From positions 1,588,436-1,652,435 of the forward strand of contig SMSO01000031.1 of NCBI GenBank assembly GCA_004764695.1: a stretch of 64,000 nucleotides of DNA. The letters are read 5' to 3'. The notes beneath the pieces were generated by a model. It searched no databases. It was not told where the DNA came from and worked only from the letters and a program-made list of their open reading frames with translations. Shown here one piece after another: positions 26,179 through 38,473 of this stretch. Position numbers and translations under genes: made by a program. Source of the DNA: Schizochytrium sp. TIO01 (taxonomy: Eukaryota; Protista; Bigyra: Labyrinthulomycetes). Each line of letters starts with the position of its first letter. The first letter of the stretch is position 1.

Positions 26179-29100
26179 TTCAAAACTGGCGATACCTCCG
26201 CCACCCTTAGCCATCCTACTGATTCCTTTTAAGAGAGTATACATACATAGATTCTTACATACTGCGTACACCTTCTACCTACACAAAGACAGGCACTTGC
26301 AAAACGAGAAAAACCGCCTTTTGGGGTAAACTACATAAACCAAAGATGAAGGACTCGGCACACGATACATATACATTCAAACATGCACACACCACCTTCA
26401 CCGCCCGCCGTTAACAGGGCAGAGACAACTGCTGACTTTGCAGAGATCATCCGCTGCTTTTGAAAGAATGCAATGCTTTCTTTACACGTGTCAGCAAACC
26501 AACATACGCCATGCAATGTAAAGGAGACTCGAAAGGAGACTCGAAAGAGAAAGAAGCAATGAAAGGAAAGACCTAGCTAGGTATCTACTTAGCTAGACCG
26601 GTAGTAACATTTGGTACGACGGAGTCCTACCTGCCGACTTACTCGCCCACTGCTACCTGTAAACATAGGTACCTCCTACTCAGTCGCGCTGTCTCGAAAA
26701 CAACAGAGTAAATAACTTGAAAGTTATCAATCAATGAAAACCAATCAATGAATGAGTCGAAATGAATGAGAGAGAGAGTCAATCAGCTTTATACTAAATA
26801 ACTGGACGATCGATCGATCTGATGCAGTGAGCGAACGAGCGAATCAGTCATTTGGCGAATGAGTCGGTAACTCTTCGCAAATACGTACTACGAAGCACTC
26901 AAACAGCAGATAATCGCTGTCCAAGCAGTTGCAGCCAAAGCACGTTTTACAGTGAAGAAGGTTTTCAAGTATGAGACTTGAGAGACTTCGTTCAAAACAA
27001 CAAACAACTTGAAACAGAGAGATTCATTCATTCACATGGAAAATCCAATCAGTTTCTACCTTCCCACCTACTGAAGGTACATATACCCAAGTAATAGGTA
27101 CTTCTACCGCTACGTCCACGCGCCTCTCCGTATGCCTTACTTAGGCGCAGCTAAGCCGGCGGCTCACACGTGCGTCGAGAGCGCAGGCGGCCGTAGTCAG
27201 GTTTCAGCTAGCTAAGCTTTTCTTTTTCAATCATTAGTATTATTATTAGAATTAGTATTTTTACAAACAAAATGTATACCTAAAGAATTATGATAAAAAG
27301 AAAGCAAGCTCTGCCTATAGAACATACGACAGTAGTGAAAAGTTCTGAATAACAAACTACGTAGGACTTGGTATTTCAGACAGATTCTGAGATGGGCGGA
27401 AAACTTGACAATCTAGCTTAATTCCTAGGTTTTAAAGGAGCCTTTGGGCGAGGCAGATGCAGAGAAGAAGGCGTGGAAAGCCGGCAGCGATAGGCGTACG
27501 ACGACCTACGACGCAGTGCAGAACAGAGTCTGTAAAAGTACAAGGAGAAAAGCAGGCAAGCGTGGATGATTAGATAGATACTCCATTCGAGTTTCCATAA
27601 TAGGATAGGCGCGATCTTTTAGCAGCGTTTCTTACAAGTTGCTTCTTAATTTATCATTTTTTAATACTAAAATTAATATTATTTTCGCTTTCTTTCTTTC
27701 TTTCTTTTCTTTTGTTTTTTTATGAGTAGAATGGAAACCCATGGAAGTTTGAAAAAGAAAGATCGATTGTGAAGCTTGCGGCCGTACGAGTGACGGCTTC
27801 AATAGACCAAGAAGAGTTTATCTCGCGGATGAGTCGCCTCTACGCCTTCTGAGCATGATAAACAGCAGCTCTGATGTGGCCCACTTCGAGCACCTCATGA
27901 AAGTTGAAGTCGGGTTTCGAGGATTTCTGCAGCTTGAGAATAAAGAATAAAAGGCCTATCGCTATCACTTGAGTGGTCATTCAATTCTCAGATTCGTGTC
28001 TGTCAGAAAGGAGTTGGAAGGAAAGTCTCTCCTAAAAGAAAACTGCGGATTTGACGACTACTCGTGCTGTGAAATGGTAGATGAGTGAGGTAGTTCAAAC
28101 CTACGAACTGAGGTTTCGAAATTAATTGTCTTCGCGTGCGTGCCATGAAATAGGGCGTGTGGTTGTTAACGAGAATGATAGATGGTCAAATCATTGAGCC
28201 TTTGAAATAAATACTCGCCGCTTTTCTCGAAGGCATCGCATCGCAACGATTCTGATTGAATCTCTTTCGCCTCGAGCGTAGTGTTTACAAATCTATGCGG
28301 TTTAGTTTGGTGGAGTGCTTTTCACATTGTCGACATCGTTCTTTCATTGGTAGAGTACTCCTCCGTTAGGCACTTTGTTCTTCGCCTCCGTTGTTTATAA
28401 AATCTGATTTTCAAGTTGCATGTCGATCGGTCGCGATTCAGACGTCGTGAGGATTGAATGGATATATGAATCGCATATCCTATCCTTTCCACTCTTTTTC
28501 ACGCGTACCTATCTATTAATGAGTTCTCTCATTTGATTGGCTGCGATGTCTGTAATTTGTGCGATTTCAGCCAATTTAAATGTTCTCTTTTGGAGAGATG
28601 ACGCATCGTATACACTTGTATGTGTTTATTCATTTATTTAACTAAAGGTAGATCAGTCTTCTCCGTTTTACTTTCTCCCTTTCCGAAGTGAATGTTTTTC
28701 TTCTTCTCCTATCTATGACATATCTATCTACATCACACATATCGTACATACAGAGATGAAGGTTAAATTTAACGCAATCACTTTGAGCTACTAGCAACCT
28801 ACCTAGCGTACTCACACATAGATATAGTGTACCCACTATGTCCCCGTTGAGCAAGCCTAAGGTGGTCTAATGAAGAATCAGCCGATCGCTTGTGACCTGG
28901 TGAAAAGGAGGACTGTCCTGGGAGAGGCGAAACGACCCAAAGTTAAAAAGAAAGAACTTTGAAAGAAAGAAAGAACTTTGAAAGAAAGAAAGAGAGGACT
29001 TTGCAGCCTCTACCCACATCTAAGTCAACGGCGATAGATGCAGCTTTCATTCAGTCAGACTCAGCTGTTCCGGTCCAAACTCAGCAGTGGGCTCCTTTCG

Positions 29101-29629
29101 TGTCCATCTCTCCGCTTTGGTGGGCTATTCGTTCTTGCAGACAAGCGGCTTTTGCTTGAAGCGATGCCTGGACAGGCAGAGAAGAAAGAAAGAAAAAAAA
29201 AAAAGAAGAGACGAACAGAGGGATAGAACACCTGGAACCATAACGGACGGAGCTCTGCGCTGAGGTCCCAGATCTGCAGCAGAGCTGTCGGCTCCAAGGG
29301 GAGTTGAATGTATGGCGCGCGCAGAGCACGAAGCGTCCTCAGGGCGATCAATTTCAGGCGCCGCGGCAGCGTTTTATAGTAGAGCAAGACAGGGAGGTTT
29401 TGCCGATGTTATCAGTTGAAATGAAAATTAAATTTAAGTTTATCTTTTGAGATTTGAAAATGTGAATCATAAATAAATAAAATCTAACTGATAAAACGGG
29501 GAAAGGAGCACTAGCTAGATTGAACTCCTGCGGCGGTGAGTTTTGACACAGAACTAAGAACCGGAACAGGAACGAGTCGAGCGTCGCTCCACGCAGAGGA
29601 GCGAAGAGAAGGAGCCTCCGGTTGAGTCT

Positions 29630-29890
29630 CAACAAATTAATACTGATAGCGATGGTCCGCCAAGTGGTCCGCGTCCCAGCTTCTGTCGAAGCGATGAAAG
29701 CTAAGTCTGAAAATTCAAAACCCGGCACGTGCAGACGGTCAATCTCGTAGGCAAATGTAAACACATTTATCGAGGGAGATTCGAGGCAACCGCCCGTCTT
29801 ACGCTGGCCCCTTTGGACTATCCATTGCACAAGAGCGTGGATTTCGCAGTTCGCTGTCGTACCTCTCGACATGAACTGCGAGCGGGATGA
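29630..29890 (-). pseudogene. tentative decayed kinase fragment of the family
   Basis: SQFMSRG..EIHAL ~ SKFMSRA..EVRAL; AFIASTEA..WRTIAISINL ~ AFASTGA..WESLALTCIYL (ORF-track frame 29354..29959). This alignment requires a large internal deletion. Confidence 0.3.
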
Positions 29891-32719
29891 AAGCTGCTTC
29901 TGAAGCCTTGTTTTGTTGCTTGCTTGCTTGCTTCTAAAATTTTCGAGCGCTCGCGACATGCAGACTTGTGCGAGCGGCTATCCAACGATCGGTTGTTCCA
30001 AACGACACTGATTTCTCGTTCTTGAAGAGAGCGGTCCAAAGGTCCGCCTATGCAAATCTTCAAAAGAATGTCGTGGCGCGATTGAAATCTTCTATGTTTA
30101 TTTACAGACGTGCAGCAAAAGAACAAACCAAAGAGCATCAGCAGAAAAGCACCTCTCCATGTCTCCAACTCGCTTGTCGGTGTGCTTCGATGCGATGTCT
30201 TTGCTGGTTAATCTCGCTTCTGGGTTTGCGTGTAGTTCAACCGAGATCACTTCGACGCACCACGGTCATCGCATGATACTTTCATGAGGCGAGGCAGCGA
30301 TTCAAGTCAACTGCGACACACTCCAAACACAGAGAGAGGCGTTACCGATCATCGCATGCTCCATCACACTCCATCAGTTAGGTGTGTGGTCCCGCGATCA
30401 TCGATCTCCGCCGCTTCGCGATGCTGTTCACGATAGAGCTGCAGGTACCCAATGGAAGCGTCCCTTTGTGACATTTTAGGGGAGTTTTGAGTTCCAGGTA
30501 TGCGAAACTCTCTCTGGAAGTAAGTAGCTTCTATCGCGAGGGTGGTTTGGAATCAGTAGTAGGAGCGGGCTAGCTGGGCACTAGGAGGTGCGCCAGAATA
30601 GTAAAAGAGGATGTTTTATTAATTATGGTTGCCTTTAAATCTTCAATTTAAAATGTAAATGGAATGACTCTGCCCGTGCTAGAGGCCTCCTAGGCTAAAG
30701 GCTAAAGAAGAAGGGGGGTCAGAGCACGGGTGTCCCCGGAAAACGAAGACATCGCGTACCGTCTACCACCAAGTGACGGAGAGGGGATCAGTTAAGATAT
30801 TTTGGCAAGTTGGGCAAACTCAAGACCGCCTCCCATTGGACCGGAGACAGGGTCAGCCGAGTAGAAGCCTGCCTGCCAAGCAACCTCTGCAGCTACCGCA
30901 GTGGCTTTACGACCGCGAAGCCCGAAAACTGCATGGTTTTCAATTGACCCAACTTGCAAAAGACTGCATTCAACCCGTGGACTCTGACTAGCGAGAGCGG
31001 GTAGCTACTAGTACTAGCAGTAAGTACTCGTCGCACTCTTAAGCAGAACACAGAATGAATGCGGACCCAAAGTGAGGAAGTATCAACTAAGAGCGAAAAG
31101 CTCTCATGCGCCATCCTGAATAAAGGCAGGAAAGAAGTCGAACAGTGTACAAACAAAAGAACAATTTTAAAAATGATACGTGTATGTGTGTGTATGTATA
31201 GCTTTGCGCTGTCCTCAGAGGCTCTGTATGTTGCGGTCATTTCTGCAGTCTGCTTTCGAGCAGGCCATGGAAAGAAGACGATTGAAGGAGGATTATTGAA
31301 AGAAGGCGTGGAATGCTCAGCTGTGAGCTCGGACGGTGCTCAAACGCCGCAAATATTCATTCATTCACTCATTCACTCATTCCTAATCGACCGAATGCGC
31401 AGGTTTTCGTATTTTTGCTGTTTTGCTGTTTTCAATCTTCTTGAGAGACGTAATTAATTAATTAATTAGTGAGACACGTAAAAGTGCTGCTGAGTTGATG
31501 GCGGTTGTTCAACTGTTCTACCGGGTTTTCAAAATAGACAGCGCTCTGCCCCTCTTACTTTCCTTAGTGGGGGGGTACGTTCTCTATGACGAGGTTTCTC
31601 TATGTCCAAAGGTGTTCTCTGTTTCCTTTTAGAACGAGCTTGTTCTGTTCTGTTTTAGAACATAAGGCGTAAGAGTAGACGGGTAACTCCGCGTACCCCA
31701 GCCAAAACCACCATCTCGAAGTACAATTGCACGAGGTTATCAACGCGTCGCGGCTGCTCACAAGTCACAGCGGACATATCGTGACGGATAATTCAGGCCC
31801 TCGCAACGTGACCGCCGCGGCTGCTCAGTCGCCACTGAGATCGGTTAAGCTGCAAACTGTGTCCTTCGTGCCGGAACCCGCGGAGTCGGGACATCGATTT
31901 CTCCAATCTTTTCCTCATTTCTTTTCTCTTTGCTTACAGGTTTTTAAATTATAATTTATGGGTTTAAAATTATTTTTATTTGTAGTTTCATTTGCTTTTG
32001 AACATTTTCTGTGACATTTTCTATGAGAGTGTTTGAGTGTTTATTTGTCTTATGCGCGGAAGCCGGAAAGGTTCTGCGCTCCTTCTGAGCTGACCGACTG
32101 TATCTTTCCCCGAGAGAGGACGCTTGCTGGTCTCAAGAAAGAGGTTAGTGCGATGCTTTTAGCTGTTTTCTGAAGGCAGACTGATTGTGTTGGCGTGAAG
32201 TTAAAAATCAAAGTTTAACCCACACCAAAGTGGGCACGCAACCACGTTCGCGACATTCTGTTTTTTTCCTTTTTCTTTTCTTTTTAAAATTAAATTTAAA
32301 GGTTAAATTGTTTTGCTCGATTTTAGTATTATTTTCCTTTATCGCAATTCACTTCTATATCTCACTCTTCTTTGTTGCTCCTTCATTCGTTGGGTTTAAG
32401 GCCTTTCGGAATGGCCATTGGTTCGAAGGCTGTCTTTTTGAGGCTCGTATCGTCAGCGTTCAACAAAGCAGGCTTGAAGGCGTCGGCTTCGAACCTGTAA
32501 GTTCGTGGGCAACGTGCAATTTTATACTCACGCATTGGACGAGAGCACTTTTGGAGATATAGAGGATTGATTGATTACCAATTTCATTCAAATATTCGAA
32601 ACGCAGCAAAAGTGAAAGTAAAATCATCATCCGCGAAGTGGCGCTTTTAGTGCATCTTAGTGAAAGAAGCGAACCCTCTTTTCTTCTATCTTCGAGCTCC
32701 AATTCACTTTGGAAATTGC

Positions 32720-34050
32720 CAGTTTCACTTCAGAATGTGTGTTTCGCCAACGCACGAAACCAGTTTCGATAAATATGAACGCCTCGACCATCGATCGATT
32801 GCTTGGCTCTCCGAGTTAGTTAACCCGAAAGGTACGCGGAGCAAAGCAAAGAAGATATTGCGCAAAGGCGATGCACAGTCGATGTGGAGGTTGAGCGGTT
32901 CTGCTGCGGGATCAAACTTGGAACGGATTCGAAACAGAACAGATCTAAGTACAAATCCAAGAACGAATATCTTTCCAGTGCAGTGGAAATCCTTTGACAG
33001 CCCTCCTTACGCCACTGCGCTCCCGCCTACGAAGGAAAGAACGTACGCTTGAGCTTCGTTGGCAATGGATGGCGCTGTCAGAACTGCTCTGCTGTAGTTG
33101 GTTCTACGAGGCAACGGCCAATCTTGGAAAGCTCTAACTACTTTGCTTCGAGTCAAAGGTGCCTGTCACCTTCCTGATTGAACATTGAACATTGTTGAAC
33201 ATGCTTTGTGTTCAAATTGTTAGCTGCAAATGTTCGAATTCCCCTCACAAGTGGAAAATGATCCTTGTAATTAAATGAATCTTTCAACTTGGGACCTGGG
33301 ACCCCTCTATTTAAAAATTCCTTTTATTTTGTTTATTTTATTTTGTTTTGGTTTTTTGTTTTTTACGATTAAACTAAAAATGAATGTTTCCGGGTTATGA
33401 GTAAATAACAAATATGATAATGAAGTAATTATAATTAAAAACTTTTAACACTTTTATTTTTATCTGGATGTCCCAACTTGAACTAACTTTTACGCGACGA
33501 CGTGAAGCGAGAGAACGGGTTGCATATTACAGGCCCTGGACGTTTTTGGATGGGCCCAATACTGAGCGCGAGTCTGGTTCTGTAAATAATGGCGCGAGGT
33601 CTCGCACTTCTCCAGCGAACTTGACAGGTTTTCCTCTGTTCATCAACCAACCACGTTGACAGAACGCGTTCTTCTTTCTGCAGAGAACGAGTATATTATC
33701 CTCGCAGACATGTGGTGATAGTTGGAGGTACGCTCCAATTGCAGAGGTATCATGTTCATCCATTCATTCATGCACTCATTATTAAATCGATGCGTGCGGT
33801 TTTACAGAGCCTCATACGATGTGGCATTTCGAGCAATTTGACGCTCCTTATGGGCAAATCAATCCTTCAGATCCCTGTTCCCTGTTTCACCAAAGACAAA
33901 CTCGAAGCGTCTTACGAGTATGTCGTAGGAGTGCTCTGCTACCCAGGATTCTGGCTGGCTCATGTGATTTGTCCCTCTGCTATAAACTCTAGAGGAGAAA
34001 AAGGCATTCGAGAGAAGATCTTTCTCTCTCTTTCTATGTGTGTCCAAAGG
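32720..34050 (+). pseudogene. tentative decayed nuclease-kinase paralogue split by an AT-rich tract
   Basis: Nuclease part: FRMCVSPTH ~ FWLESEPSH, AQSM ~ AQSI, SFDSPP ~ SFDMDTPP. Kinase part: RAVLQSLIRCGISSNLTLLMGKSIL..LEASY..VQRL ~ RALRRLANLGICENTPHLIGFGEIL..LESY..LERL. Confidence 0.35.
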
Positions 34051-34266
34051 CTCGAAATCACGAGACAAAACGTGACGTTGAAAGCATCGGTCTCCTTACA
34101 GGTCTTTGCTGCGCTAAACGGAACGAGCCAAGACTTACCTACGCAAATGGGGTGCTTGGAAACTGCGCTAACCTTTAATCTCGGCAGAATGTCCTGTTTT
34201 CTTGACTTGAGAGATCTCTTTTCGAAATAAGAGATCCATTCTTTTTGATAGTGTTCCTTCCTGTCT

Positions 34267-34312
34267 TGTTGTTCTTGTTCTTGTTCTTGTTCTTGTTCTT
34301 GTTCTTGTTCTT
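34267..34312 (+). repeat. (GTTCTT)n microsatellite
   Basis: About 7 hexamer units. Confidence 0.9.
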
Positions 34313-36164
34313 TTATTGCCTTGCCTTGCTCTTTTTCTCTTCTCAACTTGAAATGAGGCGAGTCCGTTCAAAGAGTCTTGATAGTTGACACCCGTGTATA
34401 CAAGAGCCAGGAACGAACTAAGGGTCAACGAAGGTGTGGTAAGGGTGTGGGGCGCGAGCTTCAGCTCCTGTCTCAATTTAAGTTCTGTTTGTTTGCTTGC
34501 TTGCTTGTTTTTTTTTTGTGTTAATTCCTCACACACTCGACATCTTATCCGTTATGTACGAGCGACTCAAATCTAAGGCAAAATAAATATCTGAGACCAC
34601 CGCGCAAAGTACCCGCGCTTAATGCGATTGGCGAATGAAGGATAAAGCACAGCCTTGAAACTGTCCAGCAACGAGAACTGCGGTCTTTATCCATCCTGAG
34701 CGAAATGATCTTCGTGTGGAGGGGGTGCTTCTCGTAATAATTTTATAGGGACACTATTGTAACCTAAACCGTCCGTACACTGTCCCGTTACCCTGTGATG
34801 GGGGTGGACAACAGAGATATAATATCGGTTGAGCGGTGCGGACTCAAAGTTACTTGGTTTTCTCTTCGGAAACAATCGAGCAAGCGAGCATTTGTCTCAA
34901 GATTTATCCTGTGCGCAATGTCCCATTTCATGACAGCAAGAGCAGGTCAGTGCACCCTCTTTCTCCCCCAACGACAGTGCTACTGAGTAACATTGATATA
35001 GAGGAATAATATATATATATGAACAAGTGGAATTGTTTCGAAAATCATTACATTATGTAATTCCAACTCTTGAAGATGATTGAGCTTGCAAAGACACGGG
35101 TCGCGCCCTTGCACTCAAATTATTGATACTTACTACACTAACGACAGCACACTCACTCACCATCATATCTCTAGCTTTGAAATTTTCTAGAAATTCAGTA
35201 TACAAAAAACAAAAAACGAAGACATCCCTCGCAGAGTTGGCCATGCTTGATGGAAATTTTGCACACAAACAAGCCAGTTGTTACTGTACAATCGATTTCA
35301 ATTGCACATCAATAGTGAATAAAGCACGCATCTGTTAATGAGATAGACTACGGTAAAATACCGCTCATAACATATTGCACACGTCTCAAGGGGAAGGCCG
35401 GACTGTGCTAATCAAAATGCTATCTATGCGTTCACATTGGACAGTATCTGCAATTTATATAAGTATATTTAAGATATATTCGTCTACTATTTCTTATAAT
35501 GACCATTTATTCAAGGATTAAAAGCAACACATGATAGTTGTTCAGAATTTGGGTACTACAGTCTATCAAGAAGCACATATTTTACCATAAATCCATAAGA
35601 AATTTAAAGGTGGTAAAGACGTAGCTATTGGAAATGTTAATATATTTGACAAATTAGAATTTGAAGAGAAGATCGAGGTTGAGTGCTGATATGTTGCGAT
35701 TCAGAATGTGGCCTCTGCTCCTTGGTCTTAAAAAATTCGAAATAAACAGGAAACATCTTCACATTTTAAACGGAACACTGTTAGAAGACCTGCTCAGTTC
35801 TACTATTCAATAAACATATCCTCACGCACCTACAGATTATGATAAGTTCGTAGCAGCAATAGATTCCTTATTCCTGATGCAGGTCTTTTTTGGCCGTGCC
35901 AACTCCCTCGTGACCATGAACAGGTTCATTCAAGTCGGAAGACTTATTAGACTGGATAGGCAGTGCTAAGAGATTATTCTAGTCATTTTGAGGTTCGCTA
36001 TGAAGATGAAGGCAAGAGTTATGAAGAAAGTTTTTAGAAGGCTTAGGAAGGCCAAATAAATTCCAGATTTAAGAGTTAGGGATCTTCTGTCCCTGGAAAT
36101 GTATCCCAAGACAGACTGCTTTATGTTACAATCAGGAAACTATTGAAGTAACCTACAGCTACTG

Positions 36165-36201
36165 CCTAACCTAACCTAACCTAACCTAACCTAACCTAAC
36201 C
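36165..36201 (-). repeat. interstitial telomere-like (TTAGG)7 tract
   Basis: Seven perfect CCTAA units plus CC on the + strand. Confidence 0.85.
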
Positions 36202-37469
36202 AAGCTCTCACTCATATCTGACACATACTGTGTATTGGACTGGCATCATTCATTCATCCCTGCCTGTATCCATACCCGAAACCCTAATTACTCATATATC
36301 ATCCGCTTTCTCTTTCTCCTGAGTTCACCATCCTTGTCAGACTACCTCTGCACGCTTCTCACCACAAGCTACTCTGCATTAGAGACTAAGACAGGTTTGA
36401 TCTGTACTCGACACAATTGAAGAGGTTCAACTACCTTGTCCTTTCAACTGTTACTTGTAATTTCATCATACTTTATTTTAGCACATGTTCTGTCCACTTT
36501 TACATCTCGCTCGGCTATCTTGGGGTCACAACCTCGCATCTAATTGTCTAATTCTAATCCTATGTAAATCCTAAACTCTTGAGGGCTTCGATTGGACACC
36601 ACCACAAACTTTAGCAATATCGTGTCCTTCGATTGGGAATCTCAGCAGGCGCTTCCTCGCCACAAGGGAAAGAAGTCTCACGACTTTGTTATACAAGACA
36701 AACAGAGTTGAGAGTTGCTTTACGGAGTTATGCGCTTCCAAACCTTATCGGGAAGGACGAGTTTCTTGGTCCACGTGCAGGGAGTTGCGGCAAATGATCA
36801 ATCCGTCTGTAGATCCCAACATTTTCGACATTTGAAAGATGCCCTTTGATCTCATCGCAATTGGCAGACCCATCCTCAGTAATTCGTACCTAGCGACCTT
36901 GTTGTAAAATAACCTGTCCTCGCAAAACCCACGACTAACCAACGCATGCACCGAGAGCGGGATATGGTCCATTGCAAAGAAGTGTTGATCGCGTTGATAC
37001 ACTAATGCATGATTGCATTTTCTTGAAGCCAAACGTTATAACAGAACCAAATTCAAAAGAGTTGATGTAAGCTGTGTACACTTGGGCAAGAGTGAACTAC
37101 GCGGGCAGACCCTTTATCAAATACCAACAGAATTTGTCGGAATACTTTTCAAGAAGATTACCCAAGGGAGTTATAACATGAGCCTCCGCTGTGGTCAACG
37201 CTTGCACGAGGTTTTAACCCGACTCCAGGACCATAACGATGGTAGCAGAGGCAGTGACGTATGCACTACCACAAGTAGCAGGAGTTGATACATTTTTATT
37301 GTGCCTTATGGGGGCACTTTCAAACAATAGTGATAATCTTATTGAACATGTCAAGTTGCGGTGAGCGGCGAATAGCCAAACACGGAGAATACGGAAACCA
37401 GCAAAAAAGGTAGCCTTTTGAGCAGTGCAGCATTCTCAGTACTCCCAGTATTTTCAGCATTCTCGGCCC

Positions 37470-37584
37470 TCTCAACACTCTCAGCACGCTCAGCACTCTC
37501 AGCACGTTCAGCACGCTCAGCACGCTCTGCACTCTCAGCACGCTCAGCACTCTCAGTAGCAGCAGCAGCAGCAGCAGCAGCAGC
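37470..37584 (-). repeat. 9-bp repeat (GCTGAG[A/C]GT)n plus (GCT)n, encoding poly-A then (AES/AER)n
   Basis: Direct observation; translates on the minus strand as AAAAAAAAATESAERAESAERAERAERAESAERAES. Confidence 0.85.
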
Positions 37585-38473
37585 CTTTGATACTTTGTCA
37601 GCAATTTTTCTCAGACCAAAAGTATCTTAGTAACAGCAACAATAGTTTTCTCAGTAGCGCTCTATGAGTGACAGCAACTGTATCAGATGTCAAATGATGC
37701 AGCCAGAGTTTGTGAGAGTCAGCTTCAAGCTCTGGTTGAATGACCGCTTAGTTAGCTGAGAAGAAGAATTAAAAGAATGATTACGAAATTCTTGACAAAG
37801 TTTAACTGGTGCACCAAGAACTCTTTCTTTTTTATATCGTAACACAATTCTTGAAATTCGGTCAGAGGGGACAATTTTACGAAAAGGATGTCCGTCGAGA
37901 GAGTTGAACTAATCTGACCCAATGATTTTAGATAACTTTATTTCCATGCTTTTCTTTTCACTCTCAGTAGTCCGAGGCTACTTCTAAGAATCCAAATATT
38001 TCGGTGAGACCACACGTCAAAGTTCATGCATCACCCAATGCATCCTAGCTATTCTTCTAACTAACGAAAGAATAAGGTGCCGACCCAGTACTTCACAACT
38101 ATTTTGTCGATGCACACCGTGAGAAGACACCGTACATCTTGCGTACTACAAGCTATGACCAGTGGGAAATACACAGAAGCCAAGCCTGTAAGGCAATATG
38201 TTTGCCAATTCACCTTATAGAGCGACTACATTGCTCTGAATAGGAGGTCACAGATTGAATGACAAAACTGGCCCTCGTGCTAAGACACACTAAAAATATC
38301 CTGAACAGGAGGAAAGTTTAAGAAATATATATATATATATATTAATGTGTCAATTAAACAAGAACAATCCTAAATATTTTCCAAATGCCATAGAATACGA
38401 AGTATGACATTAACATGCACAAAGAACTATGAAAGTCTTTATCGTTATAGTCCTTTCCACGTCCGATCTATCT

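Larger units (their letters stand above)
35968..37610 (-). pseudogene. decayed nuclease-kinase paralogue (relic B) with coiled-coil repeat and internal insertion
   Basis: 35968-36147 and 36380-36650 align with 60286-60703 (e.g. ttgaggtt..tgaaggcaagagt..agaagg; gag.ctaag.ca..tttga; tgtcc..ttcgattgg..atctcagca). The minus strand also encodes an (AE[S/R])n coiled coil, NKVARYEL ~ DRVFKYAL, TDGLII ~ PNGLIY and IEALKSLG ~ YEVRKTLG. Confidence 0.6.

Noticed and set aside
32420-32500. GGTTCGAA B-box-like words
   Set aside because: No cloverleaf or A-box at the right spacing.
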